Assembly (NCBI GenBank): GCA_000934665.2
Contig: JYFJ02000986.1
Span: 1 to 64,000 of the forward strand
Direction: 5' to 3'
Length of the DNA stretch: 64,000 nt
DNA from: Catajapyx aquilonaris
Taxonomy: Eukaryota
Shown: one piece after another, positions 38,679 to 51,009 of the stretch
Numbering within the stretch: position 1 is the stretch's first letter
Layout of the letters: each line of letters begins with the position of its first letter
Program-made: the position numbers and the translations under genes
Notes under the pieces: model-generated
The model's input: only the letters and a program-made list of their open reading frames with translations
The model's database searches: none
Told to the model about the DNA's origin: nothing

Positions 38679-40925
38679 CGCTAGCTGTGCGCTAGTGTAT
38701 CGTCACATATAGGCTACGTCCTATTCTTGCGCCTGCGGCCATCTTGGTATAGCATTATCGGCAGTAATCGGCAGAGGAATCCTGGGGGAATCGTCTCGAG
38801 CACGGTCTCGAGTATATCCTGACCACGTGATCCTAACCACGGGACGATTCCCCCGCCGATTACTGCCGATAGCGCTATTCCAAGATGGTCGCCGGACCCA
38901 GTGAGTAGTATGGTAGTTTGGTGACCCTTAACTGATGCTCGTGTTGGCTCTGAAAAGGACCGATTGACTGATGTGCTGCTGCTTCGGAGCTCGGTGGTCG
39001 GTCGTTCCTGGTTGAAGGCTGCAGATGAAGTGAAGTTGCCCGCGCCTTGGTGCTGTTTTTTTTTTATAGCCAAGGCGCGGACCTTGTGGAGGTCGAGCCA
39101 GAGTTGGTCGACTCTGACCTTGAATGCTTCTGGCGGAAAATGAGACGGGGACAGGATAGGTTAGGAGGCCGATGCGAGTCAGGGGACATTTGTCCGTGAG
39201 GTGAAGCCGGCAGGGCATGGCGTGCCTGCCGGCTCACCATAGCAGTTATTTAATTATGTTCCAGAGCGTGATTCCATTGCATATATACTAGCGCCAATGC
39301 GGGAAGGGTTAACCCTGGAACCGTGACGCGGGGTCTTTTAGGACCCTAAAGGAATTAAAATGCATTAAAATGATAATTACAATGAACTTTTACCATTTAA
39401 ATAAGTATATACCGTATTACCTCTCATATTGCGACATATATCATATTTCGACCAAAATTCATAGGTTCGTGATACTAGTCGCCATATGTAAGAATCCGAG
39501 TTTTTGTTTGTCTGTGGGAATTGGTTGAGAAACTACAGCTGGTGGCTAACTTACCGTTTTTCACTAATTTTACGCTGTCAGGGCTTTGAATGGAGGCTCG
39601 TAACCTATGAACGCCTAACGTGAATCCTAAGATGATTAGTGATTTCGGAGGCTCTTTTAATAGTATTCCATAATATTGCATCGAAAATCGACGGAAGCAA
39701 ATATTTCGAATTCAAAATGGCGGCCAAATATTGTTTTTTTTTTAAATATAGTACTCAAAGTTAGCCATTTTTGTGATTTTTTAAATTGCACTCAAAATGA
39801 AGCTCAAAATGTGTTCTGCATATTTCCGAAAAGTTATCGAGGTTCCGGCCGGAATCCAACCCACCAGAGGGCTAAAACTCAGCCATAGCGCGCTCTGGAC
39901 CGCGCTGTTACTTGGGTGGACCATAACACCCATAAGATCGGGTTAAATCTTCAACTTGATGAGTGTATTAGAAAGGTATTTTCACGCTGTATAAGATGGC
40001 TATTCTCATCTTAATAAAATCTAAAATTTTGAATCCAAAATGGCGGCCAAAAATTTTGATTTTCACATTTCTCATTAATATGCTCCTACGATCTTAGCTG
40101 GTACTTCCCCACCTCCCTCACTAGCTTACAAGATGGAGCGCTCCGGGGCAGAGCACTAAAAAAACGGGACAAAAGCGCCGCAAACTCAAGCGATGCGGCA
40201 CCCTACCTAACTACTGATAAGCTTCTCCTTGCCTCTCGAGAGTCACGGGGTGTCGGAGGGGGAAACCTATGTGAAAAAACGGAGTCGCACTGGGGTGGTT
40301 ATATCCATCTGCGTTTTGCACACTGCCAGGTGGCAGCAGCAAATATTTCTCTCATCAAATTTACAAGTGCAAAAAAGCATATAATTATATACTATTTTCA
40401 GGACAGCTCGATATAATGTATCTGTCACATTCACGTTGCATATTTTTGTGCCACATCTCTAAAACTTATGACGAGAACAAAATGGGAATGTTAGATTATA
40501 TTACTGGCGATCGTCAGCTCACACTATCAGTGGAGCAGCCTTCTCGTCAAGCTCGATTTTTTTTCAAAAGATGGCCCAATTTTCCCTCGATAATGCGTGA
40601 CACATGTAATGGATCCCTTTTGGCTATCTTTCTGAATTGTTTGGGGTCCTAACAGGAGGAGACAGATGGCACTGAGAACTTGTGAACCCAACGATCTGGC
40701 TCTGGATCCTGAAAGCCCGAAAAAACAGCCCCGATTCCCATGCAAAGTGCCCTTTACCACCCTCCAAATACGTGTCTCTGCAAGCCGCAGGTGTCGTATT
40801 CTAAAAAAGGGTGGTGGAGAAGGAAAGGTTGTGGGCTCACAACTCCTATAGTCATTACTTGCTCAAGATGGTCTGGATTACTCTATACTTACCTGAAATC
40901 GCACAAGACACAACACTGATTGTAC

Positions 40926-40927
<2 letters not shown>

Positions 40928-41006
<79 letters not shown>

Positions 41007-41332
41007 CCTGGGGTAGTGCTTTCACCCCCAAATGGGGGTTTATCACACGGACCTTTATTTTTTATTATTGTACATTGGTGCCTATTCATTGAAGCGCCCG
41101 GGCCCACGGGCAGGATGACAGGAGGGGATGTGCAAAGTGCAGGCGCGAACTGATATGGATACATTTGTGAACTCCCCTAGGTGGATATGTCTATTGGAGA
41201 TTCCACCCGAGACGAAGCCAGAGACGACCTAAACTCTGCACGAGATTAAGGGGGTTTCCCCGGGCTGGGATCGAGCCCGGGACCTTAACATCCGTGGGCG
41301 AGTACGTTACCGCAGCGCCACTCCGCCTCCCC
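40928..41332 (-). mobile_element. tRNA-derived SINE, head type A, long (TTA)n tail
   Basis: Full head GGGGAGGCGGAGTGGCGCTGCGGTAAC... Tail GGGGGTGAAAGCACTACCCCAGG followed by about 26 ATT units. TSD ACTGATTGTACTA at 40915-40927 and 41333-41345. Confidence 0.9.
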
Positions 41333-42148
41333 ACTGATTGTACTAGTACAGTACATTCACGTGAATGTCGTTATGCATTTTCTACTGACTCCTCTGAAAA
41401 TATTGTTGCTACCTAGCCTATACAGTAGCCTATGTTTGTTACTGCACATGGCAGCGTTGGAAGTTTTCTAGCAGAATGGAATATGCATTTCTTTGTGTGA
41501 ACATGCTGCTTCTTTCATACTACTTATATAGTAGTGGAACTTACAGTGTATAACTTAAGCATGTACTGTAAAACTGCCACATGAGCACTTGAGCAGGCCT
41601 TGGTGTATTGGACAGTTTAGCTAGTCTTTTGTTTTGATCGGCTAATGAAACCGATGTTCATGGCTGTCCAGAACCGTACGCTCAGTTTAAACTTAACGAT
41701 GCCACAAATGTAATTATCAGTCTCCTTGACTAACCCGTAAAGAGGGAGCGAAATACCAAAACAACTCTAATTGTTGAAAATAAAAACCGCAAACTTTCCG
41801 GTTTGAGGAAAGTATCGTGTAAAAAAGGCCCGGCACTGAAAAAATTGCCCCTAAAAAGTGCCCGAAGTTACGGAAGACAAGTACTTACGTTCTGGACGCC
41901 AACTGAGTCGTAATCCGAGTCGTTGTGACAGTAGTAAACCTGGCCACACCCCACACCCCACCCTGTAATTAGCACCATTAGACTGCACGGAAACCTCCTC
42001 ACCTGACCCCTTCCATTTTCCCCCACCCAACCACTATTTAACCTAACAAAACTCGTCCGAGGTACTTTTGACCATTTCCGGAAAACTTCTGACCCCGACT
42101 ATCTTTGTACTTAATGCTTCTTTATATTCGCCTTTATTAGTCTTCATA

Positions 42149-42846
42149 CGCCAGATAATAAGAAAAAGAATGAGTGGATTTTAAAACCCTATAACTCTAA
42201 AACGTGTAAACGTATCTAAATTATTTAAGTTTTACTAATGTTGAGAAATGTCTGAAGTTTTGGACTTACCATAGCTTGTTTCGATATGAGCTCCATTTGT
42301 CGCTCGAAAATGTAAATATTGTAATCGGTGTCGTGCCTAACCCGCTCAGGCTTGTCTGGCATTACCGTTGCAATATTTTCCCGTAGGTGCTGAAGATGCC
42401 GATTCTTTTCACCATACATGTGTCTCCTCAAAATAAGTCCATCGGGGTAAGATCTGGGCTTCCGGAGGGGCTAGGCATTGGGAAACCTCTCATTCAAGAC
42501 TTCTCACACTGGGAGGCTGAACAAATAAATTTGTTTCATAGATGAGGCGACTTTTTATGTGAATCATCAATAACAATGTGTAGGGTGTAAGACCAGTCAT
42601 CTCTAGCACCTACGAGATAGAATCGCAACGGTACTTCAGATATCATTGAGCGGGTTGGGCACGAGACCGAATACCGTCTCTTTTTATCTCTTGACCGACA
42701 AATGAAGCTCATATTGAAACAAACTATGGTAAGACCAAAACCTTAGACACGTCTTAGCATTTCAAAACTTAAATCAAGATATGTGTACGTACAAGTTTTC
42801 GAGTTATATGGTTTTAAAATCAGCGCATTCTTTTTTTATCACACTG
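42149..42846. mobile_element. Old mariner-like MITE with ~200-bp diverged TIRs
   Basis: AAAAAGAATGAGTGGATTTTAAAACCCTATAACTC is inverted to GAGTTATATGGTTTTAAAATCAGCGCATTCTTTTT. Right end TATCACACTG|TA; left end eroded. Confidence 0.65.
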
Positions 42847-42997
42847 TATAATCTACTGAAGTTCCGGTCTATTCCAGAGAAATAATACTGTACTGTACAG
42901 TACCTTCGAGCTAACATGTTCCTCAGTTTTCCCTGGACAAGTGAGTGCATAATTATGTGCAACAATGTTGGATACTTGCTATCCTCTATGTACAGTA

Positions 42998-43331
42998 ATA
43001 ATTGGGTTAGTGCACCGCACATTTTTAATGGGCATCTGGCACGGTAGGCTACCTTTATTGCTTTTTAAGGTGTACAAGCTTTTTTTTGTCCTTTACCGTA
43101 ACGCCCGGGTACCGCGAGGGAGGGAAGGGTAACTGGGAGGGGATGTGCAAAGTCCAAGTGCATTGTCTCAAACGGTACATTTTGTGAACTCCCCCGGGTG
43201 GATTAGTCTGTCGGAGATTCCACTCGAGACGAAGCCAGAGACGACCCAACTCTGCAAGAGATGAAGGGGGAAAGCCCGGGCTTAGGATCGAACCTGGGCG
43301 CATACGTTACCGCAGGGCCACTCCCCCTCCC
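42998..43331 (-). mobile_element. tRNA-derived SINE, head type A (small deletion in head), short TTA tail
   Basis: Collinear with the 61.9-kb copy. 15-bp TSD CCTCTA[T/A]GTACAGTA at 42983-42997 and 43332-43346. Confidence 0.85.
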
Positions 43332-46300
43332 CCTCTAAGTACAGTATCCTGTACAGTAATTCCTGCCCACGGCCACTGATGTGGTGCATCTCAGAAAAGA
43401 GTAGAGTAGAAGTAATCGGCAATGTTCCGGTTCATTCTTGCCGGAATATCGATAGTTATCATTTTTCTAGTGAATCTAATGATAAATTAATTAAGCCCCT
43501 GGGGCAGATATTCCGTGCAAATATTTCCTTCGAAAAATATGGGCGAGAGACCGTGATTGTTTGCTCCGAAACCTTCGCACATTGCCTTCCTTTTTAAACT
43601 TTTTTTTTGAAACCCCTGGTGATGACGAGTTCGATTTTCCATTATGCATTTTCCTCTTTCTCGCACCCCGCTCCTCACCCCTACCTTATCTATTATCCCT
43701 ATTTTTATTTTCTCCCTTCGGGCACAGCACCTGGGGTGGGTAAATCTGACTCATTTTCCCAAGTTCAGTAATGCACAGTAAACCCTAAGGGGAATAGGCG
43801 AGAGAGACTGACGTACTACAAGTAGTACTTACATTGATTGATTATTAGCCCTTCTGAATCTCTTTCACTTACCCTAACAAAATTGGTAGCGCTCCTTACA
43901 GTATACTTCAGAGATTGAAGTCTACCCCATATAGTGCTTGTGAGAAAAGGAAATTACTCTTACTAAAATATATTAAATGCAGCTATAAGTTATTTCAAAA
44001 ATGTGCAGTTGGAATGCCTCTCCCTGGATTCCTCTGAAATAATCTGGTTCTCTGGAATCCCCATAGATTTCGTGGATTTAGCTGGATTGCTTTGCAAGAG
44101 TGTACCGGATTATTGGAGTCAGCATATTTCCAGAGAGCAAGTCATGCAAGAATAAAAGTGCGGGAACTTCTCCCTGGAAGCCCTCCTACCTGACACGCTG
44201 GATTACCTGGGTTTCTCTGGTAGCGTAGGCAGGATTCGCCGAAAGATTCCGCCCTTTGTCCCCGGCTTTGTCCATATTTTCTGAAAATAGAAATCCGATA
44301 TTTGAAGTGAGGTATACTGAACAGGATACATCAGAAATTCAGAATGGGCTGTTCAAACAGCAAAATATTGTACTTTCACCCTGTAATTGGTTTCCCTACT
44401 TGGAGACGAGAATATACAGTACGTATACACATTACCTCCTTTCCCTCTCTCCGCATTGCATTGGTGACCATTTTCTCGTAATATATGGAAAAGAAATTCG
44501 ACGATCACATTACATAACTCTGATGCTTGCGGAAATAATGTTTTCGTAATGTCGCTTCTCCAAGCTAGAACATTATTTTGTTAGATGTTTTGCTTTGAAG
44601 TCGGAATCCCAGACGAGGAAAAATGATAACCAATCCAGTCGGTAATTCGGACCATGAATCGGGACATTAATACTGTATTACAGCGAACTGTACGAGGAAG
44701 ACGCAGTGCAAGTGTTGTGCTATGACCAAAATTACATGCAATTTAGCATGGAAGTATAAGACACGAGGCCTAACGTTTAGTTTAATTCATGATTCCAATC
44801 GATTCCAATCTTCTGACATTTTCTTGCATACAGTTACATGAATATTGATTACTTGTACCGATATAAAGTATCTGTACTGTATAGATGGACCTCTAAATTA
44901 ATGTCATTAACTGACTCTGATTTTCAGCTATAAAATAAATAGTACCACTGCCCTGGGATTGGTCGGTAGTCAGCATCAGCATTCATGGAGGGCTGGGACA
45001 AGTCTGAGAAGGTTCATCCGCAATAGAAATTCATCAGACGGATGCCTGATGCTTACATCCCCCTTTTTTATTATTTTGGATGCGTGGGAGGAAGGGGTGG
45101 GAGTGTAACGATTTTCGGGTGTCTAATGTAAAATCAATAACCTTTCCTCCCCCGTCCCCTTTACCTCTACTACTCCTATATCCTCCAACCGATATTGACC
45201 GTAACCCTGACAGTTCGTTTTCACTTCAGACTTCTATCGGACCCTAGCTATTTTTTTTCTTTCTAAGAAGGGGGCAGGAGCAGGGGGCGGGGGTTGCGAG
45301 GGAGGGAAGGGGCAGGGGCGAGCAGGGGGTGTTCTGGGTCGGACAGGCTGATTGAACCTTTCCTTGGCTTTTTCATTGAGCATTGACAGGTCTAGGGGCA
45401 GTTTAGAATGGATTAGGGGGGAAATTGATGGAGTTGCTCCAGCAATTGTTCCTCAACCGATCTCTTGCCTCCAAGATCCCCAACGTGTTCAGGAAACTAA
45501 AAGTGTCACATAGTTTGGTAAATATTTCAAGAGTGATACAGCTGGCATCAAGACTGCAGGGCAAATGAATTTTATCAGATGTGTATAGTACGTAACTGTA
45601 GCATATAGCTTTATAGACCTATCGAGAAAAAAACTGATTTCAGAAGAAAGAAGAGTCGAATATCAGAAGGGCTCACAAAAATCAAGAATATGTGGAGGAA
45701 TCAAGATACAGGAGATTTAAGGTGATACATTTTTCTTTACCAATGATTATTTCTGTTTCCAGTTTCTCGGGTAAAAACAATTTCTCCTGCCTCGTAAGTT
45801 ACTGATTTTTAATACACATGTATGTAATTCAGTTTATTACCTACTTATGTGATCTCACAAACACAAAGACTTCGAAATCTGAGAAGGCACTTGTTTTATT
45901 TCGCGTATAATTAAGGTAAAGTGGCAAATTTGTACACGGGGTCATTTTATGCGACTTGGATAGTAGTGGTAAGGAAATGATGTGGCTGTTACACTTTTTT
46001 ACCAATGTATGTGTCCAAACACCAACCAGTGGGTGTAAACTAACGGGGATACAAACTTGCCTCGGAAAAAAAAACTGCGCCGGGGAAAGTTCACAGGCCG
46101 AGCAGGCTTTTGCGGTAAGTGGTCAGAATTAATTACATTAAGTTTAATGAACCAAGAATTCCTGCAAAATTGGCCTTACTAATATACGATGCAAAAATTT
46201 TATAGGCCTACGTTAAACTTGTAGTCAACTCGCACCAAACCACAAAAAAGTTAGCAACTCCGTCACGCTTGACCAATGTTGATGGCATGTGACTTGTCCG

Positions 46301-46535
46301 AAAGAGGAAGAATAGATGTTAGATCATAATATCAGAATTTCGACTCAAAGTCTCCCTGGAAAAAGGTCACCGTAAAGTCTTGACTGGGTGTACTGAAGGA
46401 AGTGCATAAATATAATTATTTCCCCTCGATTATTGAGTTTCCCCCTCAACCATACGTATATAAGCATCAACTCTGCTCGTAATTGGCTCATGGCTCCGAA
46501 AGCCAATTGTGAGAGAGTTTATACACTAATGGCAG

Positions 46536-46875
46536 AGGGCGACACGGTGGCGGAGTGGTTAGCGCCGCAGCCTTCCACCTCTAAGGTCCCGAGTTCGATC
46601 CCCGGGTTGGACGGAGTATTTTTTTATTATTTTTATTTTTATTTCAATACCCCTTGCTCAGTACATTACGTCCTGTGGGTTGGACGGAGTATGCTTATGT
46701 GGATAGAGTTTCGATGGGTTCTCTTCGTGTTCGCGTGGGTTTTCTCGGGGTTATCCCGTTTCCTCCCGCAATCAAAATCCATCACAGCGCAAGCAATGAT
46801 TAAAGGCGGTTATTCAAAAGAACTGATGATCCCCCTAAGAGGCGCAAGGGGCCTATCATGGGGTATCCATTACTA
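46536..46875 (+). mobile_element. tRNA-derived SINE, head type C with V-domain-like core
   Basis: A box TGGCGGAGTGG, B box AGTTCGATCCC. Core GTGTTCGCGTGGGTTTTCTCGGGGTTATCCCGTTTCCTCCCGCAATCAAAA. Tail CCTATCATGGGGTA. Degenerate ~17-bp TSD. Confidence 0.82.
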
Positions 46876-49387
46876 TTATACTCTAACGTCAGCCTACCAT
46901 TGAGGGCGGAATATCCCCGGTGTCACAATGTATGTGAATGGTAACAGGTGATAAATGTGTCAGTGTACTGTAGTCGGAAAAAAAAGAAGTACATTTGCAA
47001 TTTGGCATTAGATCCAGATGATTCGGGTAGTCGGGTTTTCCTATCTCTATAGTATACAGTATATGTCTTTGATTGGCATGTGTGATGCACTGTACATGTA
47101 GCGATTGTAGCCTATTAGAAGTAGGCCTATCCAATATTATTCCGGCACTGGATATCGAAACTTCATATATCATAATAGTGTACCGTCCCGACTTGCCTCA
47201 CTTCACCTTAATACTTGTAATACTATACGGTACACTTCATTAGGAAACGTTCTAAAATTAATAAGTGATAACTGCTGATGTAAATATTTTCGAGGTAAAT
47301 CGGAACTGATGATTATAGGTCTAAACACTGCGACAAATGTGCATTCTAAACAATTTGATAATATCACTGATATAACTTGCATGTTATGATTGCCTATATA
47401 CATAAATATTAATGCATTGTTGATTCTCAATATAGTATGGAGGAATTATAATTATAATATATTATGTAATTATTATTCCCCAGAAAAATACGTCCAAGAC
47501 AAATATCTACCATTTAATATGAATTGTTTTAATATAGTATAGGTCATGGTATAGGTTAAGAAACAATTCTTCACACCTTTAAAAGGAATGGTGTAATATA
47601 CAATAAAAGTTTTAAACTCTTTTTAGTGCAGACTAATTTTCTGACGATAATAACAGGCCTCCTTATATCCACTAATTTTAACGGCTTCAACTAAAGCATC
47701 AATATCAAACCAGGCATCTTTTGTAAGCATCTGTTTCTACTCTACTAATTACAAAACAACGGCAACAACTGTTTCCCAATTGGGACAGTGGACGAAGGAA
47801 AACGGAATTGCGGTTTGTAAGCGTCAAACGAGGTAATTAGAACATCTGGTTGTTCATTAATAGGGAGTGGAGGAGTTAGAGTTGAGGTTGTCGCAGTTCA
47901 TTCATCACGTTAACCAAACTAGACTGGAAATTGTTTTGCAAAACAGTGTCGGCACAACTGTCAAAACCCTTTTCCCTGACACATTGTTCTGGGTCACTTG
48001 GCAAAAATGGTACCTAAAGAAGTTTTGGTGTCGGTAAAAAGTATGCTAAAGGCCAGAGACGGGGCAGATGGAAAGTTTGCTTATGGAATTTTTTTTTGTA
48101 TATTTTATTCCGCACCTCGCTCTCTTCAAACAGAATGCCTAAACGCGTTATGACGTCATTCAGCCGGCGACTCCACCTCATCTGCAAGAACCGACTCATT
48201 TGAATTCCGCACAGGTTTTGGTGTTTCTTCTCTTTATTCTCCCAAGGCAGAAGGCAAAAATACAGTTCAAGGGCCTCCAACAACATATAGATACACCCTT
48301 CAAGCTGCTATCCTTTTTTCAAGTCTTTTTACGGCACCACTATTTTGGCAACGGAGCAAGAGGGCATGCTGACAATAAATTCCAAGTAATGCGACTTTGT
48401 ATTTTTATGAATACCGTTTTACTGATGTCACAGTTTTTCATCTGTAATCAAGACTTTGAAATGACGTCCACTTTTTCCACTGGCAGTTTACTTGAAGTAT
48501 CTTTTGCGGAATGTACTGACCACGATGCACACAGCCAGCTAGGACACCACCAAAAACATACATTTCAAGACACGATTCTGGGTGCTTCTTACAGCCAGTG
48601 AACATGCTGTTTTGCCTGCCCAGCTCTGCAATGCGGGTCGCCGCGTGTGCCTAGGGGCAGGGCGGTGTGACTATTGTAGTCGTCTACCTTGTTACAGGTT
48701 GATCTCTCGACATTTCTCTCCCCTACATTTTAATAGACTTGGTTTGAGGCAACAACGAGTATGCTGCCGACCGGACGACATACCAGTAAGAAATACCCTG
48801 TTTAGTGTTAGCATACATGTGCCTACATTTTGTTGGCACATATGCACCAGCAATTTATCTCATCGACGCAACGCGTTTTTGCAGGTAAACAGTGTAATAA
48901 AATCGAGCCAGGTCAATATTTGCCAGACTTGCTCAATCTGCTCCTCGGCAAAAGAGAAATTAATTTCCAGATAGCGATATGGCGGACCATATCAGGGCAA
49001 TGAATCGGCAAATGACGTGTAATTGCCTCCTAATAGGCCATCCGAACGGCCAATCACTGCTCGCCCCTGTCGGCTCTTCCGCCAATATCTCGGGGAAAGG
49101 AGGCAATTTAACATGCCATTAACATATTTCGCTACCAGAAAACGTGACTTGAAAACATCTGAAAGTGTTTCGCTTCATTCTTCTCGATACAAAGCTCTGA
49201 AGTGAGTTACAGTTCAATTTATTACTGCTGTGCTTAAGGATCCAATAGTGCGTCATGGCCTTTCTTTTCATTGTTGTTACGGCACCACTAGTTGTTCAGT
49301 AATGACCAAAAGAAAACGCTATTTGGCGGATGGCTGTCCATCTATGATTTTTATGTAGGCTAATGATTTTATTTAGATTTTTCTTTG

Positions 49388-49428
49388 TATCATGTTATTG
49401 CATTATAATATAATGCAATAACATGATA
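49388..49428. repeat. Perfect 41-bp palindrome (20-bp arms, 1-nt centre)
   Basis: TATCATGTTATTGCATTATA-A-TATAATGCAATAACATGATA. Confidence 0.9.
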
Positions 49429-49433
49429 TTATA

Positions 49434-50033
49434 CAGGGTGTATCAGAGTCACGGGTCAAGCGAGTGCGATGGGGTGGGGAAAAAATCGTAGGTGGCGACA
49501 ACCCCGGTCGGTTTTATAAAACAATGAGAAATACGGCAGTAATCAATTTATTTATTACGGCCGTACCGCGTGACGTCACGTCCTATCTGTTTTGAATCGA
49601 GTCGGGCTGGCTGGCAAGAGTCAAGGTAAGAGGGAAGTGGTTTGAACCTGGTTGAACGGGTTTTTAGCCTTGCGGGTTGCACTGAAAAAACTAGACTAGG
49701 GAGGCGGAGTGGTGCTGCGGTAACGTATGCGCCCACGGATGTTAAGGTCCCGGGTTCGATCCCAGCCCGGGGACACCCCCTTCATCTCGTGCAGAGTTCA
49801 GGGTCACCTCTGGCTTCGTCTCGGGTGGTATATCCACAGACTAAACCACCCGGGGGAGTTCACTAAAAATGGCCACATTAAGACATTGCACTGCACCTTG
49901 CACATCCCCTCCTGTCATCCTGCCCGTGGGCCCGGGCGATTCGCTCAAGGTTCCAGCATTGTACTGCATTGTACTTCAAGTATAATAAAGGTCCGTGCCG
50001 CATACCCTATATAGGGTCAGGCACTACCCAAGG

Positions 50034-50123
<90 letters not shown>

Positions 50124-50370
50124 GCACTGAAAAACTAGAAAAAGGCAGTGCAACCCGCAAGGCTAAAAACCCGTTCAACCCGTGCCGTGGTTCAACCACT
50201 GCCCTCTTACCTTGACTCTTGCCAGCCCGCCCGACTCGATTCAAAACAGATAGGAAGTTACGTCACGACGTAGACCGTAATAAATAAATTGATTACTGGG
50301 GGGTTGTCGCCACCTACGATTTTTCCCCACCCCCTCGCACTCGCTTGACCCGTGACTCTGATACACCCTG
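49434..50370. mobile_element. Palindromic Tc1/mariner-type MITE (CAGGGTG termini) with a SINE in its loop
   Basis: TA|CAGGGTGTATCAGAGTCACGGGTCAAGCGAGTGCGA ... TCGCACTCGCTTGACCCGTGACTCTGATACACCCTG|TA. Confidence 0.88.
49696..50121 (+). mobile_element. tRNA-derived SINE, head type A, long (ATT)n tail
   Basis: B box GGTTCGATCCC. Tail GCACTACCCAAGG followed by (ATT)n. TSD TTGCACTGAAAAA(A)CTAGA at 49677-49695 and 50122-50139. Confidence 0.9.
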
Positions 50371-50814
50371 TATAGGTTATAATGTCGAAGTGAAAATGCC
50401 AAGAACTGAATGTAGATCACATATGACTTTACGTAATTATTCATTAGACACACGTTTATTTTATACGTCATTGAATGTCGTATAGCCTAATGAGCGAAGA
50501 AAAAAATCGACACAAATAATATTATTTGTATGAGATTTTTGTTCTTCCTCATTATTTGTCTCGCAGGCCCCCTACATTGATGCTGACTACTCCCTTTTTT
50601 GTGGACACGTCGTGATAGCTTGTTTGTTTGTTTTATTGCAAGATTCCCATTGCAAACCATTAGAGGCTATCAGAGCTGGGATCATCTCAAAAAACTATTG
50701 AGACTGTAATATTAACGTGTACTGTACGTTATTGTACGCAACATGAAATACTGAATTTGAATGTGTTCATTATGTTATCTTGCTCTCAGTAGCATCAGAG
50801 GAACATCAAGCATA

Positions 50815-51009
50815 GGATGATGAGAGGGGGAAGAGAGATCTGTGGATTGTGTGTGGGAATATGGGAGAGCCCCAAGAAAATCGCGCGAATACGAAGAGAA
50901 CCCATCGAAACTCTATATCATGGGTATCCGCTGTCCGACCCGGGGATCGAACTCAAGACCTCAGAGGTGGAAGGCTGTGGCGTTAATCACTTCACCATAG
51001 TGCCACCCT
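50815..51009 (-). mobile_element. Diverged SINE, head type C
   Basis: Reverse complement matches the 46.5-kb copy (GAAGAGAACCCATCGAAACTCTAT; GGGGATCGAACTC; AGAGGTGGAAGGCTG). Confidence 0.72.

Noticed and set aside
47950..48950. Possible decayed transposase on the minus strand (WKKW, FLPSD fragments)
   Set aside because: Multiple stops and frameshifts, and no convincing DDE motif order by eye. BLASTX would be needed.
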